A stretch of DNA of 64,000 nucleotides from the NCBI GenBank assembly GCA_965285935.1, contig OZ260662.1, positions 79,050,001 to 79,114,000 of the forward strand. The letters run 5' to 3'. The position numbers and the translations under genes are program-made. The DNA is from Ophelia neglecta (taxonomy: Eukaryota). Under the pieces are notes generated by a model. That model saw only the letters and a program-made list of their open reading frames with translations. It was not told where the DNA came from and did not search any database. Below are positions 53,052 through 64,000 of the stretch, in pieces. Positions within the stretch are counted from its first letter, which is position 1; the number at the start of each line of letters is the position of its first letter.

Positions 53052-56000
53052 AATGTTGCAGGGCATATCGATTATGATTCTCAGTGCAAGAACTTCCCTC
53101 TACCAGAGCATGGCTCCCAAAATGTAGTTTAAGTGCAAGGAAACCAAAGGAGGGCGCTTGCTTGAAAGTACTAGAATAAAATTTGATCTGATACAAAAGT
53201 ACAAGGAATACTGATATCGATCGCGTAGGCCTGTTAGAATCTGTCTTAAACTCGGAGAGGTTATGATGTGTTGAGTGCAGATCTCGCGTTGTTATCTTGG
53301 CCCATCTCACGTGATAATATCGGCGATTGACTCCACGCCACCCGATAACAATGGAGTGTCAAGATAGATTGCTAGGGACCCAGGCTGTCGAGTGTGGTCG
53401 CGCTGTCATACCCAATTATCTAATCAATTAACCATCTGGGAGCGCGACCATATTCTAATGGACGGTGCCGTGTGCGACATGGCCACAATAGTGTCTCCGG
53501 TTGTACAAAAGCCGGCCGTGACTGTTGCATCGCCTGGAGAACACTTACATGAAAGTTGGCCTCCAAATCTCGGCTCGGCATTTCCCAAGAACAAAACTAC
53601 GTCTATGGCGGAAGGATATCTTGCCCAACGCTATGACGCGGACTGCTTAGGATGATATAACACAACGGAAGAAGGTGTGCGATTTCGCTCGTCTTTCGGT
53701 GGCCCTAGCGAGTGCTACATTCACCCTTCCGGCCCCCATTATCGCTCTCCCCTGGCCATCAGGTGACACAGGCGAGAATGTTAACGACCACTAAAAGGTG
53801 TTATTTATCATCAAATCGGGCGGTAACCTCTTTTCAACCATATAGGGCCAGAATAATCGTCATGATAAACCAGACTGCCAACTTAAAAGCTCCGTCCGAT
53901 GGGATTGAGCTTAACTTAAAGGTCGACTGCTAACACTTAAAGACGACGTGAACTCTATAAAAAGCACACATTTAACACTTTGTGTTCATCGCAGCCGTAT
54001 CTGTAATCTAGGGCACTTTGCATGCATGATAATACCAAATTTATCACTATTAAATTCTTTTGAATTGCACGATTGGTGCATGGTTTCTATACGCCTCAGC
54101 CAGCTTCATTACATAGGCCACACACGCACACATATATATATATATATAATATATTATGTACCCTAACATAAGTAAAGCCATGTAATGATCAGCAGGTCGT
54201 TACGTAGCTGGCCACACTTGATATACTACGTCTTATCTCACCTACTCTGTCTTCCTACACACATCCATAAAGTAGTAATAAACTCTGGTAATTTACTTCG
54301 CAATAAACATCCATAGCTGCCAGCCTCTAACAGGCCAGGGGCCCCACAGCAAATGGAATATTGAGCCACAATAATTGCCCATGTACATAGACCTGACGTG
54401 CTAATATGTTTTAACATTGATGAGCAAAAAAATAGGTAGATTATGCTGAAATAAAATTGATGTAATAAAACAAATTTAGATATAGGACAAACTATGGTTA
54501 GTATAAAATCGCTATCTCAAAACTGCTTCATTGTAACCTATAGGCCTAGCTACACGAATGAGCCTGGCGTTATTTAAAATGTAGTCTAAAAAATACAATA
54601 ATGTGACACAGCTGCCATCGACTATGTCATCTGGCCACATCTAGTTCCGGTCCGCCCCTAACACCACGATGACGCAATGATAACGTCATTTCTGTGCAAT
54701 ATTGCTAGTGTCCAATTAGGCATAAACATTGGCAGGGCTGGTGAGCTATGCCTCCTATGGGGGGACGCTTTTATTACAAAACACAACCACTTGTAAACCT
54801 TTCATGAGCTGGTTCAATTATTTCTATACCTAGCCGTGGTGGGAGAGACCAAGGGCCCTCCGAGGGTGCAGCACTCCCGGGGGCGGTCCGCCTGTGTCCT
54901 GGTGACATAATGGTGGGCGGCCAGGTACTTGTCCCCTCCGAGTTCTCCCATCGCCGCCGGCGCTACTCCAATTACTGCTGAAAAACCTGTGGTAAAGCCT
55001 CGGGGTGGTGGTTGGATCTGTAAGATCCTGCAGGGAAACGTTCGCACCTTTTATCGCCATCTTTTGGTCTGCTCCTGCCAATCCAGGAGGCACCGGGAGA
55101 AAAAACGGAACTACTGACTTTTCTAAAATGTGCATTAATAGAACAGCTTCATTGCCCAGCGTCTTAAATTCTCTAATAGGCATAGTACATTCTTGAAAAA
55201 AAAAGCTTTAAAAACTCCGTAGTTTCCTTCCCTGGTCAAAACATGTTTAATTTATTCGAGTTAAAGTGTGAAAAGAGGAAGGTCTGGCGAAGAAAAGAAA
55301 CATTTCGCCTCGTAGGTTACTCAGAGTACATCAAAATGGTTGACAGAAGTCGACTGACAAATGGTTGATAGAAATTGCTCATATATATGTTGTAGGTATG
55401 CTTTCCCTCCCTGGTTGAAATTGCCCATTAACTAAGAAATTAAAAACATGAAAACAAACCATTTTCTTTATAATCATACGAATTATGCAGAAGCATATTT
55501 AACGGATATAACAAGGCAATTAATGTACTGCAAATAAGTTGTTAGTCGCAAACGGCTCTGTCCTTTAATAATTGCGATGGGTTACCTTTGCTCACTCAAT
55601 ATCTGTAAACTCTAAAGCAATAACTTGCTTCTACAGCTGTTTTCTACCGCCATTAGATACCTTTGTTTGAAATGTACATGCTATATATACTTTTATAACA
55701 AAACAAGGAAAAATTTGGAAAAAAAATACATAACAATTTATCTTTTCAATAATGTCTTTGCTAAATAAGGAATTACTTCTTAGTTAAATAGAATTGTGTT
55801 ATTATATTTGGTATATTCTGAAGTTATAATTTGAATTGTGCCCTCAAGTAGCAAATTTAGGTGTCTCAAATATTTAATGTTTAACTGCGATATTTTGCTT
55901 GCACATTTTGCAGCTATTTATTGATCGTTAACTAGATAATTTTGATTATTAAACCCATAAAAATAGTGATGTATAAGCCTTTATCATTTGGTTGAAGGGA

Positions 56001-59000
56001 TGTTACTTCTGTTACCCACATTCATATATCTAGTACCATATGATAGAAATAGAAATATGGTTAGATTCTTGGTTCGCCATTGATTTAGACCCACATCATT
56101 CAAGCTACGGCTGAGTATGTACATAAGTATCTCATTAAAAGGTTGATACTTGGTGTCAAGGAAGCTGTCAAAGATGGTATCTTATATCCACACACTCGGA
56201 CAAACCTTTCCCCACCGTGGCTGCCGATAATTGTTTTCGAAGATAATTCAAGCTTGTTGTCCGAAATAGAAACAATATTGCCACTTGCCACTGTTCAGTG
56301 GCATCTCGGCAGCGGTTACGTCACCGGTGTTGTTTTCAAAATGGCCGTGATCGCCATTGGCAAGTGCCATCCAATATTATCACAACATAATTAGCATACT
56401 TCCCCCACTCTTTAAATGGATAAATCGGGTGTTGGGTCCGCTCCTTATCTGGATCTTGTTGATAGTAAACGAACTTAATTTGTAATGATATAAACATTAT
56501 CGACATTTTACGGTCAACTGTCAATAATACAGTAGCAAAGAAGCTTATGTAATTCCGCATGAATAAAATAAGCAAATAATGGACCGGTGTAACCGTTCAA
56601 AAACAACTTTTACCTAGTCCGCGTTGAATCTTTGACATAAAGAGCAAGGAAATAAAATCACGTGTAAAACTATTTAAATTATTATGTATCCAAATCCTGT
56701 GTTGCTTATGAATGGTAGTTTCATAATTGTGTTAATATATAAGTTGAAATTTTCTGTTATAGTTGTGAAGTAACAGAAAAAAAGACTACATCGGCAATTT
56801 TTATTGCAGTTAAAAAGACAATTGTGTAGGGCCTACGTATTTCATAATTATGGGCTTGCCAGTTGATTTCTCAGTCCTGAGGGTTATACAGATCTGTCTA
56901 ACATAAAACTATCTCTTGGACGACTAAACTTTTTATCGAATATGAACTGAAAACAGGCTGTCCGCCTTTGTCTAAAATGTTCCAGCTAGAAATAATTATT
57001 GTGTTCTAAATCACCTATATTTAGAAACCATATTTTGGGGTGGCATAATTTTCCGGCGACTAACGAACTATAGTGACTGAAATAATGAACCAAGGTTACG
57101 CCTGGTAAAGGTATTGTCAGTCATGCTCTGTATATGATTAGGGTACAGCGTGAACCCGGAGCCAACTCGATGTTCCTGAGTGTCAGGCTAAGTCGCTCAT
57201 AAACAATTCACGGGCTTGTAATATAGAGAGAGAGGGAAAAAAGAGGGAGTATGCGTGCCACAGCCCACTCCCGCAACATATTGCAACCCTGTCAATTAAT
57301 AGAAAGAAAAAGGACAAAACAATTATTAAAGTACAAAAAACATGGACTAAAAAGGACTTCACATCAAATCGCCCGCTGTAAAAAATAATGCCTCCCATGC
57401 ATCATTGCATACAATAGTATAGCGCCTATACATCTCTTTAATTGAGGGCTTTGCTGGTTTTTGTTTTCGTCTCAACCATGCTGCAGAATATAGAGGAGGT
57501 AAGGCAAAGGTCCTGATGATGATAATGCTGCATATCTATGTAAAAAAGGATATGAGGTGTATGTTAATGATTAAATTCACTATACTGTTTGGCAGTGCGA
57601 GGTGTTTGGGGGAGAGGGACGGGTGGGGGTAGCAGGGGAGTTGAATATTGGCGTTTTTATCTATTATCTACTTTGGATCTCTCCGATACCATGCATAGCC
57701 AACATGTATATGAATAGCGTTTTAATCTATTATATACATTAAATACATCCTCTAGATATTTTCTACTCTCAAATGATTATGTTGGGTATAATTTCATTCG
57801 GCTATTGTAGAGAATCGATCAGCCTATATCTCGTAGGAATGGATCAAGGATGGAGGTTGTTTTAAATTGAGTGCCAATTAGACCAACCCCGGCACGGTCA
57901 CTAAGTAACTTGGTGGAACAATGAATAATTGAAATTAATGAATTGCTTTCACTTTAACAATTATTTTTACATAATAACTGCATTATGTGAACAATACAGC
58001 AATACGGTAGTATTTGCACATTATATATAGATACATGTATTGGATTTGGTTAGAAAATCACTCGTTAACCTTAAAACATAATTAGAATATATATTTGTTG
58101 GAATGGCAGTTGGCAGTTCCTACATCCCGTTTTGAAATGAGCATACGCCAGGGTCCAATTTGTATTCACGTCGGTTCTGTTGTTTAAATTCAGGAAGCAT
58201 GCAGCGGGATGGGGAAAATGAGGGGTCTCAGGCATCAGTAGGCCTATATAGCTTATGTGTAGAGGAGGGTGTACTATTGGTCGAGGACCGAGCAAAGGGG
58301 CGAGTTGAAATAGCGAGGCGCGAGATGAAACGAGGAGCGATTAATACATAGCGATGACAAGAAAAAAGTACAGGTACATGTATTACGTAAAATTCAGTCA
58401 ATGCAAGAAGAAGAAAAATAATCTACCACGTTGAAAAAAACCATTTATATTAGATTCTGTTAAGAAATATTTATGATATTACATTAGGATATAATTGTAT
58501 AGTAAAGAACGAAAAATTACCCACCTACAACATCTGATGTACGGAGTAGGCCATGTGAAGGGAATCCATTGCCTTAATCATAGAGTAGGCTTGTAACTAT
58601 GACACTTGTGCCTAATAATATAAAGCCAAGTAATTTTAATTTCAGCAAACATGTGATGAAGCAAAGTATAAGTGTAAAAATAGACCAAAACCTATGCCGT
58701 CTTGAAGGGGATTCAAGAAAAACAAAACACACAAAAAACAGTGGTGCAATAATCCTATTGTAACGACTGTGCCACAGATGCCGTTTAGTTCAAGTAGATA
58801 TAGTATGCCGTCTTGTGAGTGGAATACTGTGCTACTCAACCAGTGTAGAAGGAACGATGTTAATAAATAGCATATAGCCAGGCTAATGCCAAAATGGCCT
58901 CGGTGACATTCCATAGTTTTCAGATAGCAGCAAAAACTGATTCAAATTATTGATTATAACTATAAATTTGCATCGTTTTCACATGTAGTGAATTTTTAAG

Positions 59001-59115
59001 TCCCCGATTTCAAGGAATGAAAAAAAATAATTGACATTTTTTTAATTTGATTTGTCCACGTCTTGGAATTCCAGAACCAATATACAATATATCATGTAAG
59101 TCACAGGATTTTATT

Positions 59116-59297
59116 CCCAGAATGACCTAAGTAACACAGATCTCAAGATCCAAAATGGTCTTAGTAACACAAATCTCAAGTTCCAGAATGGTCTAAGTAA
59201 CACAGATCTCAATATCAAAAATGGTCAAAGTAACACGTATCTCAAGATAAAAAATGGTCTAATTAACACAGATCTCGAGATTCAAAATGGTCTAAGT
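59116..59297. repeat. 33-bp minisatellite, ~5.5 copies (GTAACACAGATCTCAAGATCCAAAATGGTCTAA-like unit)
   Basis: Units start at 59131, 59164, 59197, 59230 and 59263, head to tail, with a partial copy before. Confidence 0.9.
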
Positions 59298-59494
59298 TGT
59301 ACCGACCATTAAATCTTAAAGGACCTAAGCATGACCTGTTTAAGTATTGGCAATACACCCTTTTTAACTATTGATTTTTGTTTGTGCAATTAGTAGCATG
59401 ATGGAGCTTGGTCAGGGAGCCATTTCGATAAACAAAACTATACATATCGGCAAAATGATACTTAAACCTTTTGTCATTAGTCATTAATTGAATA

Positions 59495-59672
59495 CAATGA
59501 AACCTGTGAATTTAGACCACCTAAGGGACTGAAGAATACTGGCCTGAATACAGAGGTGGTCTGTTTACACATGTTATTGTATATTTCAAGTGTACACCAC
59601 AGTCTTCTAATTTGTGGTCTGAATATTGAGGTGGTTGGAATACAGAGGTGGTCTGTAAGGCATGTTTCACTG
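59495..59672. mobile_element. MITE of a related subfamily (178 bp), TA-flanked
   Basis: TA|CAATGAAACCTG ... CATGTTTCACTG|TA, same length and the same AAGGGACTG block as the other two, but internal repeats are GAGGTGGT/GACCACC rather than GTCC/GGAC. Confidence 0.75.
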
Positions 59673-60064
59673 TAGAAGCATCGGACACTTTGGCCGATCT
59701 ATAATCTGCCCTTTCATAGACCTGTACATAGGCCTATTATAGCAAAGACCGGAATTAACTGTGCAACCAGTCGGTTTTAAGCACGAATGTTATAGCAGAG
59801 TAGTGTTGGCACTTTCCATTTATTTGATTTCAACATTCACAGGCTGGCCTCTTAGTCCAATACCAATTAGCTACAGGGGACGAGGGTAGTTGTGTAATTA
59901 ACTCGAATTATATATAAAATCTGTTATCACATACAATAAGAAGTTATCGACAGTTTTCCATCGTATGGGTCGAACCCCAAAGAAGGTATCCGGGTTCGAT
60001 GTCGAACAACGAATAAATATATCCAAAGTACTTCCATATCTTAAATATATATATAAGAAATGTC

Positions 60065-60196
60065 TTGTTTATGTATTGTTTTTTTTTTTTTTTTTTTTTG
60101 TTGTTTTGTATTTTTTTGTATTGTATTTTTTTTTGTATTTTCTTATATTTTTATATTTTTATATTTTTTTATATATTTGTATTGTTTCCTTTCTTT
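60065..60196. repeat. T-rich low-complexity tract (poly-T plus TTTTGTA/TTTTATA-like units)
   Basis: Direct inspection. Confidence 0.85.
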
Positions 60197-61413
60197 GTAA
60201 TCAGTTTTAATTATGGCTTGATATACGTTATATTGGATTTGTTACTGGTCTTTTTAAGTCTGAAGAGGAAACAGTTTAAATATCCTAACTTCAATGCAAT
60301 CAAATTATTTTTCACTTTGAATATTGGACCAGTCACGCTTTTTTGCCACAGAACTTGTTTATCATACGATGAAATATCAATATGGAGCAGCGGCATATGA
60401 CCGGGTCCAGAATCAATATTGTCATTTATAGCTGTATTTCAGTTTCCTGTTGCGAAATTGTTAAAACAGGGGCGACTTGAACAAAAGAAAGCCATTGATT
60501 GGGCATTGAGTCACCCTAAGCCCTCTGTAATCTTATATAGGCCTACTATCCCGCAAGTCCTCAAGGCTTGTGTAACACTTAGATAAACTGGCAGATTATA
60601 ATGATTTCTGCGTTATTTTAGTTTTCAGTCCTACAAACGTTAACGTTAACAGTTGCAAGCGATGAAACAGCGTTGGCAAATCAAGCCTGTGAATATAAAT
60701 GTGCCGTATTCAACTGCTTAGTGTTTATACAGTTTGTTGTTACTACATGTCATTGAGGACAATGGGCTCCAACCAAGTCAATGAAAGTAAATTCTCATCT
60801 CATCAGTGTATGTATGAATTGGTATTTCATAAAGACATTAAGAGAAAGTATGCTTGAATTCTGGCAGACGATATGACAACGGCGCTCAGGATCTATAATT
60901 ATCTGATAGTTCTGTTTCATTGATTTCCAGCTAGTTACCATTGGATTTAGCTCGGAATGTGTGCTATCACTGGTTTATTATTACTGAACTAGTGGGAACC
61001 AAGTTTGACATCAATAAAACTACTTCTCGTTTTGTGTGAAGACATACAATACTTACCATCACGTGTTTGGAGCTCTTCTTGACTTAATATTAATATGACC
61101 CGATGCTAAGTGTCTGATGACTCTTCAGCCAACATTGATCCTTGCTGGTTAATACCGATTATTGACATACTTCTCTGGCTCAGTCATTTTTGAATATCAT
61201 ATGTTCTCGAATCTATATATTCATGCGTAGAATATTGCGGAGCTTTGACTAATCCTGATTATGCATTAATATCATGAATGTCAAATGGAACGGCTTCATA
61301 GCCAGAAATTGGCAGAATAGTGAATGGTACTGAGGGATAACACTTCAAGTCAAAACGGAGCATCGGAGAGATAAAGAGAGCATCGCTCTTCTCGGAATTA
61401 TAGCATATTGGGT

Positions 61414-62466
61414 ATGGAGCATATTGTCACCACAAGTACACCAGTAAGAGAAATGGACCAAGTGGGCTCTTCTTTTGTTCATTTTGAACCGCCAAATTTT
61501 GCTAAATATTGCCTGATATTACTCATGTGTTTTGGACTTATTGGCAACACTGTTGTAGTGGTGCTGTATCTAAGAGCGAAGGAGCTCAAGTGTCCGGTTA
61601 ATTTGTTAACTGTGAATCTCGCCTTAGCCGATAACGGAGTTCTACTTTGCGCAACCGGAAAACTGGTCAATATGATCACGAAGAAAGGAATGGTCCCTGA
61701 AAGCGGAAGCTTGGAATGCACCTCATTGGGATTCTTGACGTCTTGGACTTCTTCCTCTTCCCTGATATCCATGACAGTCATCACATTTGCGCGTTATGTG
61801 AGCATTGTCCAAGTACATCTTAAGCGATTTTTAACTTGGAAATTCTGTTTGATGGCGGCTATGTTTGTGTGGTTTTATTCTTTGGCCATTCTTTCTCCTG
61901 TTCTGTACGGATGGTCTCGAATTATTCAAAACCCAATTGCGTTTTCCTGCACTATTGATTATTCATACAGGAAATCATACCTGGCTTTTTTAGCAGTCTT
62001 CGGATACTGTCTACCAACAGGGGCTGTGGGTTATTGTTATGTGAAGATTTTCCAAGTGTTTCGAAGCAGCAAGAGGCGAGTGTTGGCCAACACTCAACTG
62101 CAACATCAGCAACTCCAGCAAAGAACTGTGAACCCTAGTCGTAAAGAGATGCGGTTAGCTGTCCAACTCTTGGTGATCTTCCTCGTGTTTGCTCTGTGTT
62201 GGGCGCCCTACGCCATGTTGAGCTTCACAGACCCAACTGGCCAATTAGGTCCGGGACCTTACATGGCCACTGTAGTTCTGCTTGCGTTTAATTCCTCCGT
62301 CAATATCATCATCTACCTTGCACTCAACAAGACATTCAGGAAAGTAACAATTGAGAAGTTCTTGCCGAAGAGTTTGTGTCCACACTTGAAGACAGTACAA
62401 TCTATGCCTACCCATCAGATTTCTGTCGTGGAAACAAGTGGGACAAATAAAGCAGAGCAAAAGTGA
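61414..62466 (+). CDS. Intronless class A (rhodopsin-family) GPCR, 350 aa; melatonin-receptor-like/opsin-related orphan
   Basis: Seven hydrophobic segments with GN (TM1), NLALAD (TM2), Cys at the top of TM3, ARY at the DRY position, CWAPY (TM6), NSSVNIIIY plus NKTFR (TM7/helix 8). First ATG after the in-frame TAA at 61372 is 61414 (the track's start at 61408 is TTG). AATAAA at 62474-62479. Confidence 0.93.
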   Translation: MEHIVTTSTPVREMDQVGSSFVHFEPPNFAKYCLILLMCFGLIGNTVVVVLYLRAKELKCPVNLLTVNLALADNGVLLCATGKLVNMITKKGMVPESGSLECTSLGFLTSWTSSSSLISMTVITFARYVSIVQVHLKRFLTWKFCLMAAMFVWFYSLAILSPVLYGWSRIIQNPIAFSCTIDYSYRKSYLAFLAVFGYCLPTGAVGYCYVKIFQVFRSSKRRVLANTQLQHQQLQQRTVNPSRKEMRLAVQLLVIFLVFALCWAPYAMLSFTDPTGQLGPGPYMATVVLLAFNSSVNIIIYLALNKTFRKVTIEKFLPKSLCPHLKTVQSMPTHQISVVETSGTNKAEQK

Positions 62467-64000
62467 CGGGTGAAATAAAAAACAAGTGTGAGGGATGAAC
62501 TAGATACCACAGAGATATAAAGGGGGTCGAGTGGCATATCTACTTGATATGTTATTCAGTTCCTGATCCTTTCGGCTTTACATATTTAGATGATAATATC
62601 GTAGCAAATGTATCCACTATTTATTTTTTATAGAGTATAATTTGGACAAAATTAAAAACTATTCATCTGCTTTATGTCCTTACGCCCTCACATTAAATTT
62701 TACGGATTTTTCGGGGTAATTATTTTGCTAGGTCTGCCTGGTATTCACTCCCGTCTATACCTCGCATGCGTTTGTTACCGGTGTTACCATGTCATGTATT
62801 AAGGTATATATGCCACACATTTTTGTCGGTATGGCACCTTTTGTAATTATCATCACAGATGGGATTACATTTTTATCCTAGAAACTAGTTAATGTAAGTT
62901 AAATGTCATTGAGATGTAATTCGCCTGACATTGAGACTTATTACTTAGTAGTATAGAGGAGCTGTTCCTGAAAAACAATGCCGATATACTAGAAACTTTA
63001 TATTTGACTGAACAATCTCACAGGTACAAGTTCCGCTTGATCAGCTTGTCTCCTTCTGACGATTTTCAAGGGGGTTGCACTTGAGTCTTATTCACTGGGC
63101 ATGCCTCATATATCACGGCTGGGTTATTATTTTAATTTCCAATATAGCAAACTATAGCACGCGATGCCTTCTCCAGTCGTTCCCTGGGTGCAACCAGAAG
63201 TGCAGGCAAGCCTCGAAGTCCGACGGCAATAATCATCACAAAATATTTCTAAATACGTATTAATTAAGTGATTTGACGTCCACAAAGTTTCCTGACCAAA
63301 GCAAGACGTTTTTCGTGTATCTTTTAACATTCAATACCTTTTAATTTCACATCAAATAGCCCTATAACTGTGAATTTAATTGCAATTAGGTAAATTTGGT
63401 ATTTCCTAGCTATTTAAAATATCCAACGCAAGGCCTAGTTTAGAAAACTCCGAAATGAGGAAAGGACGATAGTGATAAAGATAATATGGTCGGGCACAAG
63501 AAAAATATGACCAAAAGGAGTATTTATCCCGAAAACTTCAGCGATTTCCTATCATTTCCTGACTGCCGACGCGCAAAAGTGGAGCTATGCCTGGGAACAG
63601 AGGCTGTTTGCTTTGCACTTACAGTAAACAAAACGTCTGGAGTTGATACCCGACAGACAAACACAAATCAGCGACCAACAGCACTCTATTTAATCGCGGT
63701 ACAAATTCATCAGACATCATCAACTGCAGGCCAAATGCCACATAAATTTAAGTGTAAAAACGTTTGTATGAACTAAATACGATTGGAATAATGCATCAAA
63801 TCGGACATCACATGCAACTAGAAGAAATTAATAGTTTTCCCTTATGTGATAAATTTAAACCACAAAAAAGAAAACTACGAGAGCTGTGAATATATAGGCA
63901 TATAGATGTCACTATCTTCATAAACAGGGTCTTACATAGGCTATTAAAGTCTGTACTGTAGAAGGTGAAGGCATGGTTGACATACTACTGACGTCAATTG

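Noticed and set aside
59116-59297. CRISPR-like array
   Set aside because: Units are head to tail with no unique spacers, the context is eukaryotic and there are no cas genes.
59965-60400. Phe-rich hydrophobic ORFs
   Set aside because: Translation of a T-rich low-complexity tract.
1533-61400. The many 60-160 aa ORFs in the supplied track outside the named exons (e.g. 6345-6806, 7835-8323, 32713-33081, 42020-42463, 43914-44372)
   Set aside because: No recognisable domains, often non-ATG starts, overlapping on both strands, and no consistent splice structure; consistent with random open frames in intronic and intergenic DNA.
61414-62466. Calling the GPCR a functional opsin
   Set aside because: It has Ala rather than Lys at the K296-equivalent position and no acidic residue at the 113 or 181 equivalents.

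Overview
Eukaryotic (bilaterian invertebrate; exact lineage not determinable) genomic DNA, roughly 40% GC and mostly non-coding. The first 35 kb hold a complete-CDS LIM-homeobox gene of the Lhx2/9 (apterous) family on the minus strand: exon 1 34501-34217, LIM1 exon 27410-27202, LIM2 exon 13447-13074, homeodomain exon(s) and terminal exon 428-162, all with GT-AG boundaries and compatible phases. The standout feature is that the exon encoding homeodomain residues 1-46 is present twice in tandem (1411-1212 and 1160-955). The copies are separated by only 51 nt, have identical phases (1 in, 0 out) and differ by 19 synonymous versus 5 non-synonymous codons over the homeodomain part. This is the architecture expected of mutually exclusive homeodomain exons giving two full-length isoforms (444 and 446 aa). 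About 27 kb of non-coding sequence separates this gene from a divergently oriented intronless class A GPCR (61414-62466) that has a rhodopsin-like ECL2 but no retinal-binding lysine. The window also has three ~178-bp TA-flanked MITEs, a 33-bp minisatellite, microsatellites, and a strong excess of the palindrome TAGGCCTA. Nearly all other ORFs in the supplied track look spurious. All counts and alignments were done by eye.
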